Origin: Malacoraja senta
Taxonomy: Eukaryota
DNA: 64,000 bases
Assembly (NCBI GenBank): GCA_038087875.1
Contig: JAXLNO010000556.1
Span: forward strand, 62,001-126,000
Reading direction: 5' to 3'
The notes under the pieces were generated by a model, which saw only the letters and a list, made by a program, of their open reading frames with translations, had not been told where the DNA came from and made no database searches. Shown here piece after piece: positions 50,005 to 61,958 of the stretch. The position numbers and the translations under genes are program-made. Each line of letters begins with the position of its first letter. The stretch's first letter is position 1.

Positions 50005-51204
50005 ACAACTGGGGAGGTCGATGACAGACAGAGCATATTAGAGTTTACAAAACCGCTGATTCCAGCGATGTGTGAAATGGGTATGGAAACAGCATGGTAA
50101 CAGGCTCTTCAGCCCGACTCCATGCAGACCAAAATGCTTATCTGGGGTGATCTCATTCACTTGTATTTGACCTATTCCTTCCATTCCTATCCGAGACAAA
50201 CGGCTGTCAAAATGCTGTTCATTTGAGGTGATGGTACCTGCCTCATCTCCTCATGAAAAGATTGCCCCACCTTTGGTGTGGAATACCTGCCCATCAGAAT
50301 TCCATTAAATCTTTCCCCTTTCTATTAAACTTGTTCTCTGGGTTTAGATTCTCCCAGCCTGAGAAACATCCGTGACCATCCACTCAATCCTGCTGTAGTT
50401 GACATAATTTTACAAGCCTCAGTAAGGTCGCCCCTCTGCATTCTTGCTCCAAAGAGACCAATCCCACCCGATCCAATCTGTCTTCTATCAAGATTATGTT
50501 TATGCTTAATCTTTATCTAGTTACATATCTTGTTGCTTTTTTTATTGTTATATAACAAATCAAATGTCACTCTACCTCAGTACACGTGACAATAAAGGAC
50601 CATTGAAATAACGTTGTCCAATCCTGAAAACATCCTGGTGAATCTGGTCTGCACTGCCTCTGGCAATAGGACATCATTCTATGATATGGTGACAAGAACT
50701 ACACAAAAGGGGCTCGCAGATATTTGAAGTACAACCTAGGAGAGCGAGTGCTACACTTGGAGGAACAGTGAAGTCGTGCTTGTTCTATATTTGGACGTTC
50801 AGCCGTAGGGCACGTTTGTTCAGAATCAGACGAAGATGGGAAGTAGAAGCGTCAGTGAGTTCATAGTTGTCAGTACCGATGAGCTAGAATCAAGGCATAA
50901 AGGTGAATAAAATATAGAGCAGAGGTATCAAGGACGACAGGTACACAGTGGGTTTAAAGTCGCATCACTCGGAGATAGGGTGGTTTAAAAGGTTTTTGTC
51001 ACTTTGGCCTTCATCAGCCAGAACAGAGTATAGAGGTTTGGAGGTCATGTTGCACATGGACAAGGCGTCGGTGAGACCGCATTTACAGTGTTGTGTTCAG
51101 TCTTCGACACATTAGTATCGGTAAAATGGTGTCAAGGTGGAAATGCCGTAGAGAAGATTTACGATGATGTTGGAAAGAATCGAGTGCCCGATCTAGAGGG
51201 ACAG
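50005..51204 (+). repeat. Segmental duplicate B2
   Basis: Collinear with B1. Confidence 0.88.
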
Positions 51205-51321
51205 ATTCAGAAGGCTAGTGCTTTATTCCTTGGTGCACAGGGGGATGAGGGATGAACTTTCAAGGTGACTTCTTCTTGCGTATGGCGTGCACAGCCTAAA
51301 GTTGTAGGACAGCTTGTTCTT

Positions 51322-51894
51322 TATGTTTTATTATTATTATTATTATTTTATTAGAAGCAATTGTACAAGAATAAAACATTCGGCATGTAAAATTATACGG
51401 TTATTGTACATCTTCAATTTTTACCTTTTAACCTGGAAATGAGGGAAAAGAAGAGAAAAAGATAACTTCAAATACGAATACAAGAAAGAGAAAAAGTGAA
51501 AAGCGAAAAGATAGGAACCTTAGACTACCAAAGTAGTGTGGCCAAAGAGTGAATAAAGATGTTAGAGAAGAAAAAGTAAAAAAGAAAAAAAGTGGAGATA
51601 TACCTGCCCCTCGTCCCCCGCCCACCTCACCCAACCAGAATCGGATTTAAATTCAAAGTTGTGTTGCGCCATATTATCCTTGTACAAATTCGGTAAAGGG
51701 TGTCCATGTCTTGAAAAGTTATCTGGTTTTCTACCACGACAAGCCTAATATTTTCCAAATGTAGTGTCTCGGACATGTTTGTTTTCCACATCTTCACTGT
51801 AGGGACTGATGTGTGTTTCCAAAATTTAAGTATTCGTTTTTTCGCCGTTATCAGTCCATAATTAAGGAAACGTCTTTGAAATAATGTTAGCTCA
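51322..51894 (-). mobile_element. 3' end of an L1 (host of the next L1)
   Basis: LNYGLITAKKRILKFWK C-terminal motif; 3' UTR similar to 2624-3150. Confidence 0.8.
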
Positions 51895-53537
51895 GACTTC
51901 CGGTGGCGCTATGGAGGCATAGAGACCAGCGCCAGCTAGCTCCACGCTGAAAAATCGCTGAAACGGGGAGAAAAAAGGGACCTGCCTGTTGCTACCGCAC
52001 CGATTGCCTTCAACGAGCGAGTGACGTCATCAGGCGCGCGACTCTAGCGGTATGTCTCTGCAACATACCCCCCCCTCCAAGACAAAAAAGACCGGTAAGC
52101 TCAGACAACCGGCAGAAGAGGTACGCCTGACTGAAGCCTCGGGCTCAGTTTCAACGAGGTCCCAGGAAGATGTATCAAAGAAACCAAAGCCAAAAAAAAC
52201 AGAATTGGAAGAACTTCGAAGTTTTCTCTCCCTAGAAATTAAAAATATAAAGGAGCAACTTAAAAGTTTTAATGAAAAACTGAACTTTAAGGAAGAATTT
52301 AAAGAGGAATTCCACTCTTTTAAAGAAGAATTTAAAGAAGAACTTACCACCACTGTTCACGAAATACTGGAAGCTTGCAAGCTGACAATGGAAGAAAGAT
52401 TCAATAAACAGATTGAAGAGGTATATGTTAAAATCAATTTGATGGAAACCAGCTTTAATGATAAGTTGGACCCCATCAACGAGACCAACAAAATACAGCA
52501 ATAATTGAACTAGAGGAAATTGCTACGACAAGTGCTGAAACTACAAAAAAGCTCCTCCTCGAGAATCAGCGCTTATCAGAATTACTGAGTAAAATAACTG
52601 AAAAATGCATTGATTTGGAGGGGCGTCAGAGACGCCAGAACCTAATAATTGTAGGTATCAAAGAAGGAAGAGAGGGGGGCCTAGACCAACGTGAATTTGC
52701 GGCAGACTTATTACAAAAAGTCTTAAATTTGGATCAAAAGCCTTTACTAGGTCGAGCACATAGAGTGCTGAGACGCCGACCACGGGAAGATGCCCCCCCC
52801 CAAGACAATTGAGAGTAAATGTAGAATACGATCATGAATTGGATGACATGATGAAGAAAAATGTCCGTAACAGAGAGCTCACTTTTGAAGGAGAGAGGAT
52901 CAGCATCTTTAGAGACTATCCAGTGGAGGTCTCCAAGAAGAGGGCGCTGTTTACAGAGACAATAAGAATACTTAAGAATATACCAGAATTGAGATATGGC
53001 CTGATGTACCCCGCAACACTAAGAGTCACCTACAAGAAGAAGGAACATCTCTTCACAGACCATAAACAAGCACTTGAATTCGCCCAGAACATCGAAAATA
53101 TGACCGAAGACTGAACAACATACATTATTTTCCTGACGTCAACGGGCAGCGCGACCTCGTAGAGTACTAATGGAACTTTTAATTGTTATACTTAAGGACT
53201 ATTGAAAATTGATAAGGATAGTGGAGCAAGTTTTCTCCTACTGATATTGATATATTACATTTATATCTTAGTATTATTGTTAATTGTTATTAATTACGGA
53301 TTATTGCTAATTACACAACTAATATATTACATTTATATTTTAGTATTGGAGTTAATTATTATTAATTACTGATTCCTACTAATTATAAACATTTGTCATT
53401 ACTAATTACTATTACTAATTATTAATCATTACCATTAATTGGTTTACTTAGAAACAGTTAAAATATGATTATAAGTAAGGTTTAATTTAGGCAATTTATT
53501 AATAAGGGTTTGGGGTTTTCCTCTTTATTTTCGTTTA

Positions 53538-53572
<35 letters not shown>

Positions 53573-54247
53573 TGAATATGGTAACTTGAGAATAATAACC
53601 TTTTTATCAACGGATTATAAATTCTTTGTATTAAAAATGTTTTCTTACTCCCCTAGAAACTGTTTTATTGAATTGTGTTTAATGGAAAGCATGGAGCTGG
53701 GATTGTTTTTTCAAAGGCTACGGAAGTCTTTAGAATGCTAGCCACGTTAGTGTGGCTAACACTAAATACACCAATTATAGATGTAGTTTTCTTCCTTCTT
53801 TTGCACCTTACTAATCATCTATTCTGTTACTCTTCTTATTTTATGCTTTATTGTAATTTTAAGTTTGAATGGAACTATAAGTTTTATCCAAGGAGATATG
53901 TACGGAACAACGACCTACGAGATTTAAAATTCATCTATCTGATGTTCGGGTGTAATGTCAGGTTTAGTGTGTTGATACATCTGCTCTTTTACAGACCACT
54001 CTAAAAATAAGATGCAAGATGTTAATATGACAATCGGAGGTGAAGGAATTACATTTTGTAAGTGGAATGTTAAGGGAATTAATGAACCAATCAAGAGAGG
54101 TAAAGTATTAACATTTACTTAAAATTACTTAATTAATTACTAAATTGAAAATTACTTAAGACAGACATAATATTCCTTCAAGAAACCCACCTTAAAAAGG
54201 AAGCACAACATAGACTGAAAGCAAAATGGATTGCTGAAACGTATCAT

Positions 54248-54574
54248 AGATACATAGAAAATAGGTGCAGGAGTAGGCCATTCGGCCCTTCGAGCCTGCA
54301 CCGCCATTCAATATGATCATGGCTGATCATCCAACTCAGTATCCCGTACCTGCCTTCTCTCCATACCCCCTGATCCCTTTAGCCACAAGGGCCACATCTA
54401 ACTCCCTCCTAAATATAGCCAATGAACTGGCCTCAACCACCCTCTGTGGCAGAGAGTTCCAGAGCTTCACCACTCTCTGTGTGAAAACGTTTTTTCTCAT
54501 CTCGGTCTTAAAGGATTTCCCCCTTATCCTTAAGCTGTGACCCCTTGTCCTGGACTTCCCCAACATCGGGAACA
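54248..54574 (-). mobile_element. Young CR1 3' fragment
   Basis: ATCAT TSD; near-identical to the next two fragments. Confidence 0.9.
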
Positions 54575-55665
54575 ATCATTCCTCATTCTCACATAAATCC
54601 AGAGAAGTAGCAATATTAATCCGTAAAGGGATACCTTTTAAACATACATTAACTATAGCGGACAATGATGGTAGATATATTGTATTAGTAAGTGAGCGAA
54701 ACGCAAAAAAAAGTGATTCTTCTTAATGTTTATGGACCTAATTTTGATAGTCCCATGTTTTTCAAGAAAACACTCAAAACAATCCCGGAACTCACACAAT
54801 ACAAATTAATAATTGGAGGAGATTTAAGTTGTACACTAGACCCTTATTTAGACAGATCATCAAGACAAAGAAAAGTAAAATCTCAGTCAAGTGAATTCCT
54901 AAACTCATATATTAATAGCACTAACATCAAGGACGTCTGGAGGATCGAAAATCCAACCGGACGAGAATATTCATTTTACTCACGGGTACATAAAACCTAC
55001 TCAAGAATAGACTATTTTTGTAGACTCTATGCTCATCCCATTTACCTACAACTCGAAATATCATAATATTATAATATCGGACCACGTACCTTTAACATTT
55101 ACAATTAAACTAAATGGATTGGCCGAGAAACAAACACAGTGGAGACTCAACCCCCAAATTTTAAATGTAAAAGCATGTCAGGAATATCTTATTAAACAGA
55201 TTAATATTTTTTTTTTAGACTAATAACCACCCTGGAACACCTGCCTGCCTTCTTTGGGAAACATTTAAAGCATTTTCTCGAGGAGCATTAATTTCCTCCC
55301 AAGCATTTTATAATAAAGAGAACCGGGTTAAGCAACAGATACTGGAAAGGGAAATAAAGCAATTAGACAAAGAAAATGCGGCTGCACCATCTATGATAAA
55401 ACACAATAAAATTGCTGTATTGAAATATAAATTAAATAAAATATACTCAGATCAAGTAATAAAACTCTACCAGCATACTAAACAATTACATTTCGAATTC
55501 GGTGACAAACCACAAAATCTCTTAGCACGTCAGCTTCGAAAATTGGACGGGGGAAAACAATCCACAAAATTAGATCAGACACGGGAGAATTATTAACACT
55601 GCCCAAGGATATAAATGAGAGATTTCTGCAATATTATCAAAATCTTTACTCAGCCAAAACTATAG

Positions 55666-56159
55666 CCAAAACCAGACTGATTCCTGGGATGTCAGGACTT
55701 TCATATGAAGAAAGACTGGATAGACTTGGCTTATCCTCGCTAGAATTTAGGAGATTGAGAGGGGATCTTATAGAAACGTACACAATTCTTATGGGGTTGG
55801 ACAGGCTAGATGCAGGAAGATTGTTCCCGATGTTGGGGAAGTCCAGGACAAGGGGTCACAGCTTAAGGATAAGGGGGAAATCCTTTAAGACCGAGATGAG
55901 GGAAAACATTTTCACACAGAGAGTGGTGAATCTCTGGAACTCTCTGCCACAGAGGGTAGTTGAGGCCAGTTCATTGGCTATATTTAAGAGGGAGTTAGAT
56001 GTGGCCCTTGTGGCTAAGGGGATCAGGGGGTATGGAGAGAAGGCAGGTACGGGATACCGAGTTGGATGATCAGCCATTATCATATTGAATGGCGGTGCAG
56101 GCTCGAAGGGCCGAATGGCCTACTCCTGCACCTATTTTCTATGTATCTATCTATCTATG
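55666..56159 (+). mobile_element. Young CR1 3' fragment
   Basis: TATAG TSD; open ORF2 C-terminus. Confidence 0.9.
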
Positions 56160-56438
56160 TATAGAACATCCGGTAGGAATAGTAGCATTCTTACAGAAAT
56201 GCAATCTAAAAGGTTTAGATTCAAAAGACAGAGATTACTAGAAGCTGAAATAACGGTAAAATATATTGAAGAGTATATTAGATCTCTAAAAAACGGCAAG
56301 GGCGCCGGCCCAGATGCTATAGGTTCTGAATGTTAAAAAAAACTATTATGATCTGGTCTCTCCACGTTTACAAATACTGTACGAGTACACTTATACTCAA
56401 CAGAAACTGCCAGAAACTTTAAACGAATCTATAATAAC

Positions 56439-56803
56439 TTAAGGGGTTGGACAGGCTAGATGCAGGAAGATTATTCCCGATGTTGGGGAAGTCCAGGACA
56501 AGGGGTCACAGTTTAAGGATAAAGGTGAAATCCTTTAGGACCGAGATGAGAATAACATTTTTCACACAGAGAGTGATGAATCTCTGGAACTCTCTGCCAC
56601 AGAAGGTGGTTGAGGCCAGTTCATTGGCTATATTTAAGAGGGAGTTAGATGTGGCCCTTGTGGCTAAAGGGATCAGGGGGTATGGAGAGAAGGCAGGTAC
56701 AGGATCCTGAGTTGGATGATCAGCCATGATCATATTGAATGGCGGTGCAGGCTCGAAGGGCCGAATGGCCTACTCCTGCACCTGTTTCCTATGTTTCTAT
56801 GTC
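56439..56803 (+). mobile_element. Young CR1 3' fragment abutting the BEL LTR
   Basis: TAAC on both sides; (TTTCTATG) tail. Confidence 0.88.
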
Positions 56804-56807
56804 TAAC

Positions 56808-59800
56808 TGTGCTGGACCACATTCTGTTTACATGTATTAATGACACCTGCTGGATATTCCGGTTCCTACAGCTTTGAGTTACCTTTCCTGCTATACAGGA
56901 AGTTATCATAAATCAGGAAGACAAGCTCAGATAGAGTACCGCATGGTGTTTAGACAGTGTAATTCCCTGTGTGTAATCTATCGCCATCCTACCCCACCAG
57001 TTTGTTAGACGCAATGTCTGTGAGTAATTATGTTTGTTAACAGCATCTTTATATGTTATAAACGTTATTGAGCAGGATTTTTATTATTAACAAAGTTAAG
57101 AATGTTTCATGTACCCTGGTTGGTTTCTCACATAACAGCACTCTATTTGGTGGTGGCATCATGGTTTATGTTTTTATACCAAGTGTATAACGTAACTAAA
57201 TATGTTGTTTCCCTTTCTGCTTGTATGTTACAGTTTCAAAGTTGAATACAGTAAAGCATCAACGACATCCTGTGTCTACTGGTCTTTATTGGATTAATTG
57301 TTTAGCTTGCTAGTTAACTGGATAGGGACATTCAGCGAGTCCAGTATAGTGAAAAGACGGCTACCCAACAAGCTGTGTTACATGGTGGCTCACATCATCA
57401 CATTGTCCGTCCACACCTCAACGCCATGGCAACAAGCAACCAAGACAACGCTTCGCAGAGTGAAGCCAAGTCTCTCAGCGTTCGTTCTTACTGCTCTGCA
57501 GCCGGTTCCAGTGCTAGCATGGCCGCCCTTAAAGCGCGGGCTAAAGCAAAAGCAGCCGAAGCCAGAGCAGCATTCGCTCCGAGAGAGATAGATATGGAGG
57601 TCGTGGCTGCGCGGATACAGGCGGAGACTAAGCGGATGCAGGCGGAGATGATGGTCGAGGCTACGCGGATGCAGGCGACCTTAGAGGCGTTGCAGCAAGA
57701 AAAAAAGATGAAAGCAGCCATTGCAGAGGCCGACACCATAGAAGCAGGTCTATTAGCAGAACAAGGGTCACATAATAGATTACCAAGCCCTGTTCACCCT
57801 CAAAACCAACACGAGCGTACTCTGGACTACGTCATAGAGCAAGCCAGCGTAAAGTCAAGCCAACATGTCACCGATTATGATATCGAGAGTGGGAGCATTC
57901 TATTTGCTTCATTGCCGCCCGTTCATCAGACCAAGTCTAATCTGGCCAGTTCATTTCATAGGCATCACAATCCCAGTAATGTGCAAGGAAACATGGAGCC
58001 TAAATTGGAGGATAGAAAACCAACTTCAACCTTTCTGCACAGCGGATTTATCAACTCTCCTCGAGCTACCAACAATATCAATCCCACCACCATAGACCTC
58101 GCCAGATACCTCGCCCGCAGCCAGCTGATTACAACGGGATTGACGGCCTTTAATGACAAGCCTGGGAATTACTGGGCTTGGAGATTCTCCTTCCAAAATG
58201 CCATAGCAGGCCAGGGCATTTCACCCGGAGAAGAGCTAGACCTTTTGATAAAGTGGCTTGGAAAAGAATCCTCGGAGCAGGCAACAAGAATTAAGGCTGT
58301 CAACATAAGGAATCCATCAGCAGGTTTGAAGATGGTTTGGCAGAGGCTCGAAGAAACATATGGTTCACCTGAGTCTATTGAGCATGCCCTCTTTACCAAG
58401 CTTGAGAACTTTCCCGTGATCACCATCAAAGAGCCATACAAGCTACATGAGCTCGGGGACCTTCTGTCAGAAATCGAAGCGGCAAAGGTCGATGGGTATC
58501 TACCTGGTTTGTCTTCCCTTGATAACTCCAGGGGAGTTGCACCGATTGTTGAGAAGCTTCCTCATAACATGCAGGAAAAGTGGACAGGCTTCGGATCAGA
58601 TTACAAACGCCGCCACCGCATCCCTTTCCCCCCATTTAGAGTGTTTGCCGACTTTATCCGCATAGAGGCAAAAACCAGAACGGATCCCAGCTTCAATCTT
58701 TGCTTCTCTCATCCAGCAATCGTCCAGAGGGAAAACATAGAGAGACATGGTAAAACTCTCGTCTCTGTCCACAGGACACAAGCATCTCCAACAACTCCTG
58801 AGACACAGAAATCCAGTGACCCATCGAAGCTGTGTCCCATTCATGCTATGATTCATCCATTAAAGAAGTGCAGAGCCTTCAGAGAAAAGAGCCTGGAAGA
58901 CCGCAAACACTTCCTTAAGGAACATTCCATTTGTTTCCGCTGCTGCTCCTCCACAAGTCATTTCGCCAAGAACTGTACAGCAGAAGTGAAATGTACTGAG
59001 TTCGACAGTGACAGACACCTCTCTGCACTACATCCAGGCCCAGCCCCTTGGAAGTCCAAGTCATCTCCCCCCGCATCTGAGCATTGCGGGGAGGAAGAGG
59101 AAAGCAGTAAACCAGGAGATCACCTCCAGATGCACAGAGGTGTGCGGTGATGGGGTCAGCGCGAGAGTATCTGCTAAGATATGTCTCATCTCAGTCTATC
59201 CAGAAGGACGTCGCCAAGAGGCACGCAGGATGTACACTATCTGAGATGAACAGAGCAACCGCTCTCTTGCAACATCTGAGTTTTTCAATATATTTTAGAT
59301 CAAAGGAAATCTTAAGCCATATACACTGCGGACATGTGCCGGGCTCAAGCAAACTGCAGGTAGAACAGCCTGCGGTTACATGGTGGAGTCTGTGGATGAG
59401 AAGACATTGCTCCCTCTTCCTCCACTCCTAGAATGCAATCAAGTGCCTAACAACCGTGCCAAGATCCCCATTCCCAATGCTGCGCGTCACCACAGCCATC
59501 TCAGATGCATTGCCAACGTGATTCCTCCACTGGACCCAAACGCCAAAATACTGCTCCTATTGGGAAGCTATATTCTGCAGGTGCATAAAGTGAGGAAACT
59601 AATTAACGGTCCCAACAATGCCCCGTTCGCCCAGAAGCTGGATCTGGGATGGGTAGTTGTCGGCAATGTAGGTCTTGGTGGAGCAGGATCTACATATGCT
59701 ACAGATTCCACGCCCCTACACCACATTCTCAAAGTTGAGCATGCTACAAAAGGAGCTTTGACTGTTCTCAGACGCATCAGTCAAGGCCATTGCCGCAGTT

Positions 59801-61068
59801 GCCTATCTGAGGGTCACCACCGAAGACGGAATAACGGGGGTGGGCTTCATCTTTGGGAAAGCAAAGCGGGCAACCCAGCCAGAGCTCACTATTCCAAGAC
59901 TGGAATTGTGTGCAGCGGTCCTGGCTGTCGAAATCGCAGAGATGATTGTGAAGGAGATGGACTTGTCATTCGACGACATCATCTACCACACGGACAGCAA
60001 AGTAGTGCTGGAGTACATCTGTAACCGCTCAGGCGGTTTTACACATACTTCCACAGCCGTGTCCAACGCATCTATCAGGTTTCGTCATCTCATCAGTGGG
60101 GGTTTGTTCCCACGGATGACAACCCAGCTGACCCCGGATCACGGTCCGTCCCAGAAGCTCTACACTGCACCACCACCTGGCTGTCACGACCAGCGTTTCT
60201 CAAGAGACCACGTGCCTGCAATGTTTTACCTCAAGAGACCTTTGAGGTCGCGGAGCCAGATATAGATAGTGAGATCCGTCCTCTTGCAACTAACATGACG
60301 CAGGTCTTTACTGTGCTGAATCCCTCAAGAAATGAATGGCCCATGGCAATCATCTCAAAGACTTTTCCAAGTCAAGATGGGCAGGTTCGGAGAGTGGAAG
60401 TCAGAATCTTCAAGGATGGAGGCCAGAAGTTCTACGTCCGCCCAATCACCGAAGTGGTTCTTCTCCTGTCTCCCGAGGACTCTGGGAGTTAAATGGGAGA
60501 TTCGCATGGGAGATTTGCAATGGGAGACCCCAGGCGGGGAGTGTGCTGGACCACATTCTGTTTACATGTATTAATGCCACCTGCTGGATATTCCGGTTCC
60601 TACAACTTTGAGTTACCTTTCCTGTTATACAGGAAGTTATGATAAATCAGGAAGTCCAGCTCAGAGAGAGTACCGCATGGTGTTTAGACAGTGTGATTCC
60701 CAGCGTGTAATCTATCGCCATCCTACACCACCAGTTTGTTAGATGCAATGTCTGTGAGTAATTATATTTGTTAACAGCATCTTTATATGTTATAAACGTT
60801 ATTGAGCAGGATTTTTATTATTAACAAAGCTAACAAAGTTTCATGTACCCTGGTTGGTTTCTCACATAACAGCACTCTATTTGGTGGTGGCATCATAGTT
60901 TATGTTTCTATACCAAGTGTTAAACGTAACTAAATATGCTGTTTCCCTTTCTGCTTGTATGTTACAGTTTCAAAGTTGAATACAGTAAAGCATCAACGAC
61001 ATCTTGTGTCTACGGGTCTTTATTGGATTAATTGTTTAACTTGCTACATAGGTGGATAGGGACATTCA
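56808..61068 (+). mobile_element. BEL/Pao LTR retrotransposon, internally deleted
   Basis: Direct repeats 56808-57334 and 60542-61068 (~5% diverged, manual count; the 5' LTR may extend to ~57348). PPT GGCGGGGAG, TAAC flanks. Pao RNase H FSDASVKAIAAVAY and TIPRLELCAA; end motif DGQVRRVEV..RPITEVVLL. Confidence 0.95.
57426..59150 (+). pseudogene. gag: BEL/Pao Gag with three Cys/His boxes
   Basis: CPIHAMIHPLKKC, CFRCCSSTSHFAKNC and degenerate third box; frameshift before the protease. Confidence 0.88.
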
Positions 61069-61958
61069 TAACACTTATACCAAAAACAGATGACCCTGAA
61101 GACCCAGGCTCATATAGAGCAATTGCTCTCTTAAATACCGATCAGAAAATATTAACTAAAATCCTAGCACAAAGATTAAGTACACTGATTAATAAATTAA
61201 TACACCCTGACCAAACAGGCTTTATCCCGAAACGTTACTAATCTTATAATTTTAGACGATTAGTTAATATAATATACTCAAAGAGAATCACTAACGTAGA
61301 CCTAGCAATAATGTCGCTAGATGCTGAGAAAGCATTTGATCAGGTTGAATGGCCCTATCTATTTTCGGTGATGGTAATATTTCAATTGGGTGAGAAGTTC
61401 TGTACATGGGTAAAACTTTTGTACACTAACCCAACAGCTATCATATTAACAGATCAAATGTTATCAACTAAATTTAATTTATTTAGAATTTGTAGACAGG
61501 GATGCCCGCTATCTCCGTTAATATTTGCACTCGCTATTGAGCCACTTGCTGAAAGTGTTATGGCCCATCCAGAAATATATGGGTATTATACTAAAGACAC
61601 TGTGAATACAATTTCTTTATATGCAGAAGATGTATTAATTTACATTACAAAACCAGAAATTAGTATCCCAAACTTATTAAATCCAATAACTCAATTTGGT
61701 TTGTTTTCCGGATACAGAATTATTTGGAATAAAAGCGAAATCATGCCAATAACGGAACTCAATCTACATACAAGACAACAATCCCCGTTTAAAATAGTTA
61801 ATGAAAAATTTAAATATCTAGGAATTTATGTCACTATGACATATGCCTCGTTATTTAAATTAAATTTCGCCCCTTTACTGAATAAACTACACACGAATAT
61901 TCAGTATTGGAAAACACTCCCTATTTCAATGTTTGGTAGGAATAATGCCATAAAATGA

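Larger units (their letters stand above)
51895..61958 (+). mobile_element. L1-clade LINE from its 5' end, degenerate, multiply interrupted
   Basis: 5' GACTTCCGGTGGCGCTATGG. ORF1 52052-53114 (RRQNLIIVGIKEG, FRDYP). ORF2 from 54012 (WNVKGIN, QETH, NVYGPN, SRIDY, SDH; RT 61069-61958). Confidence 0.93.
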
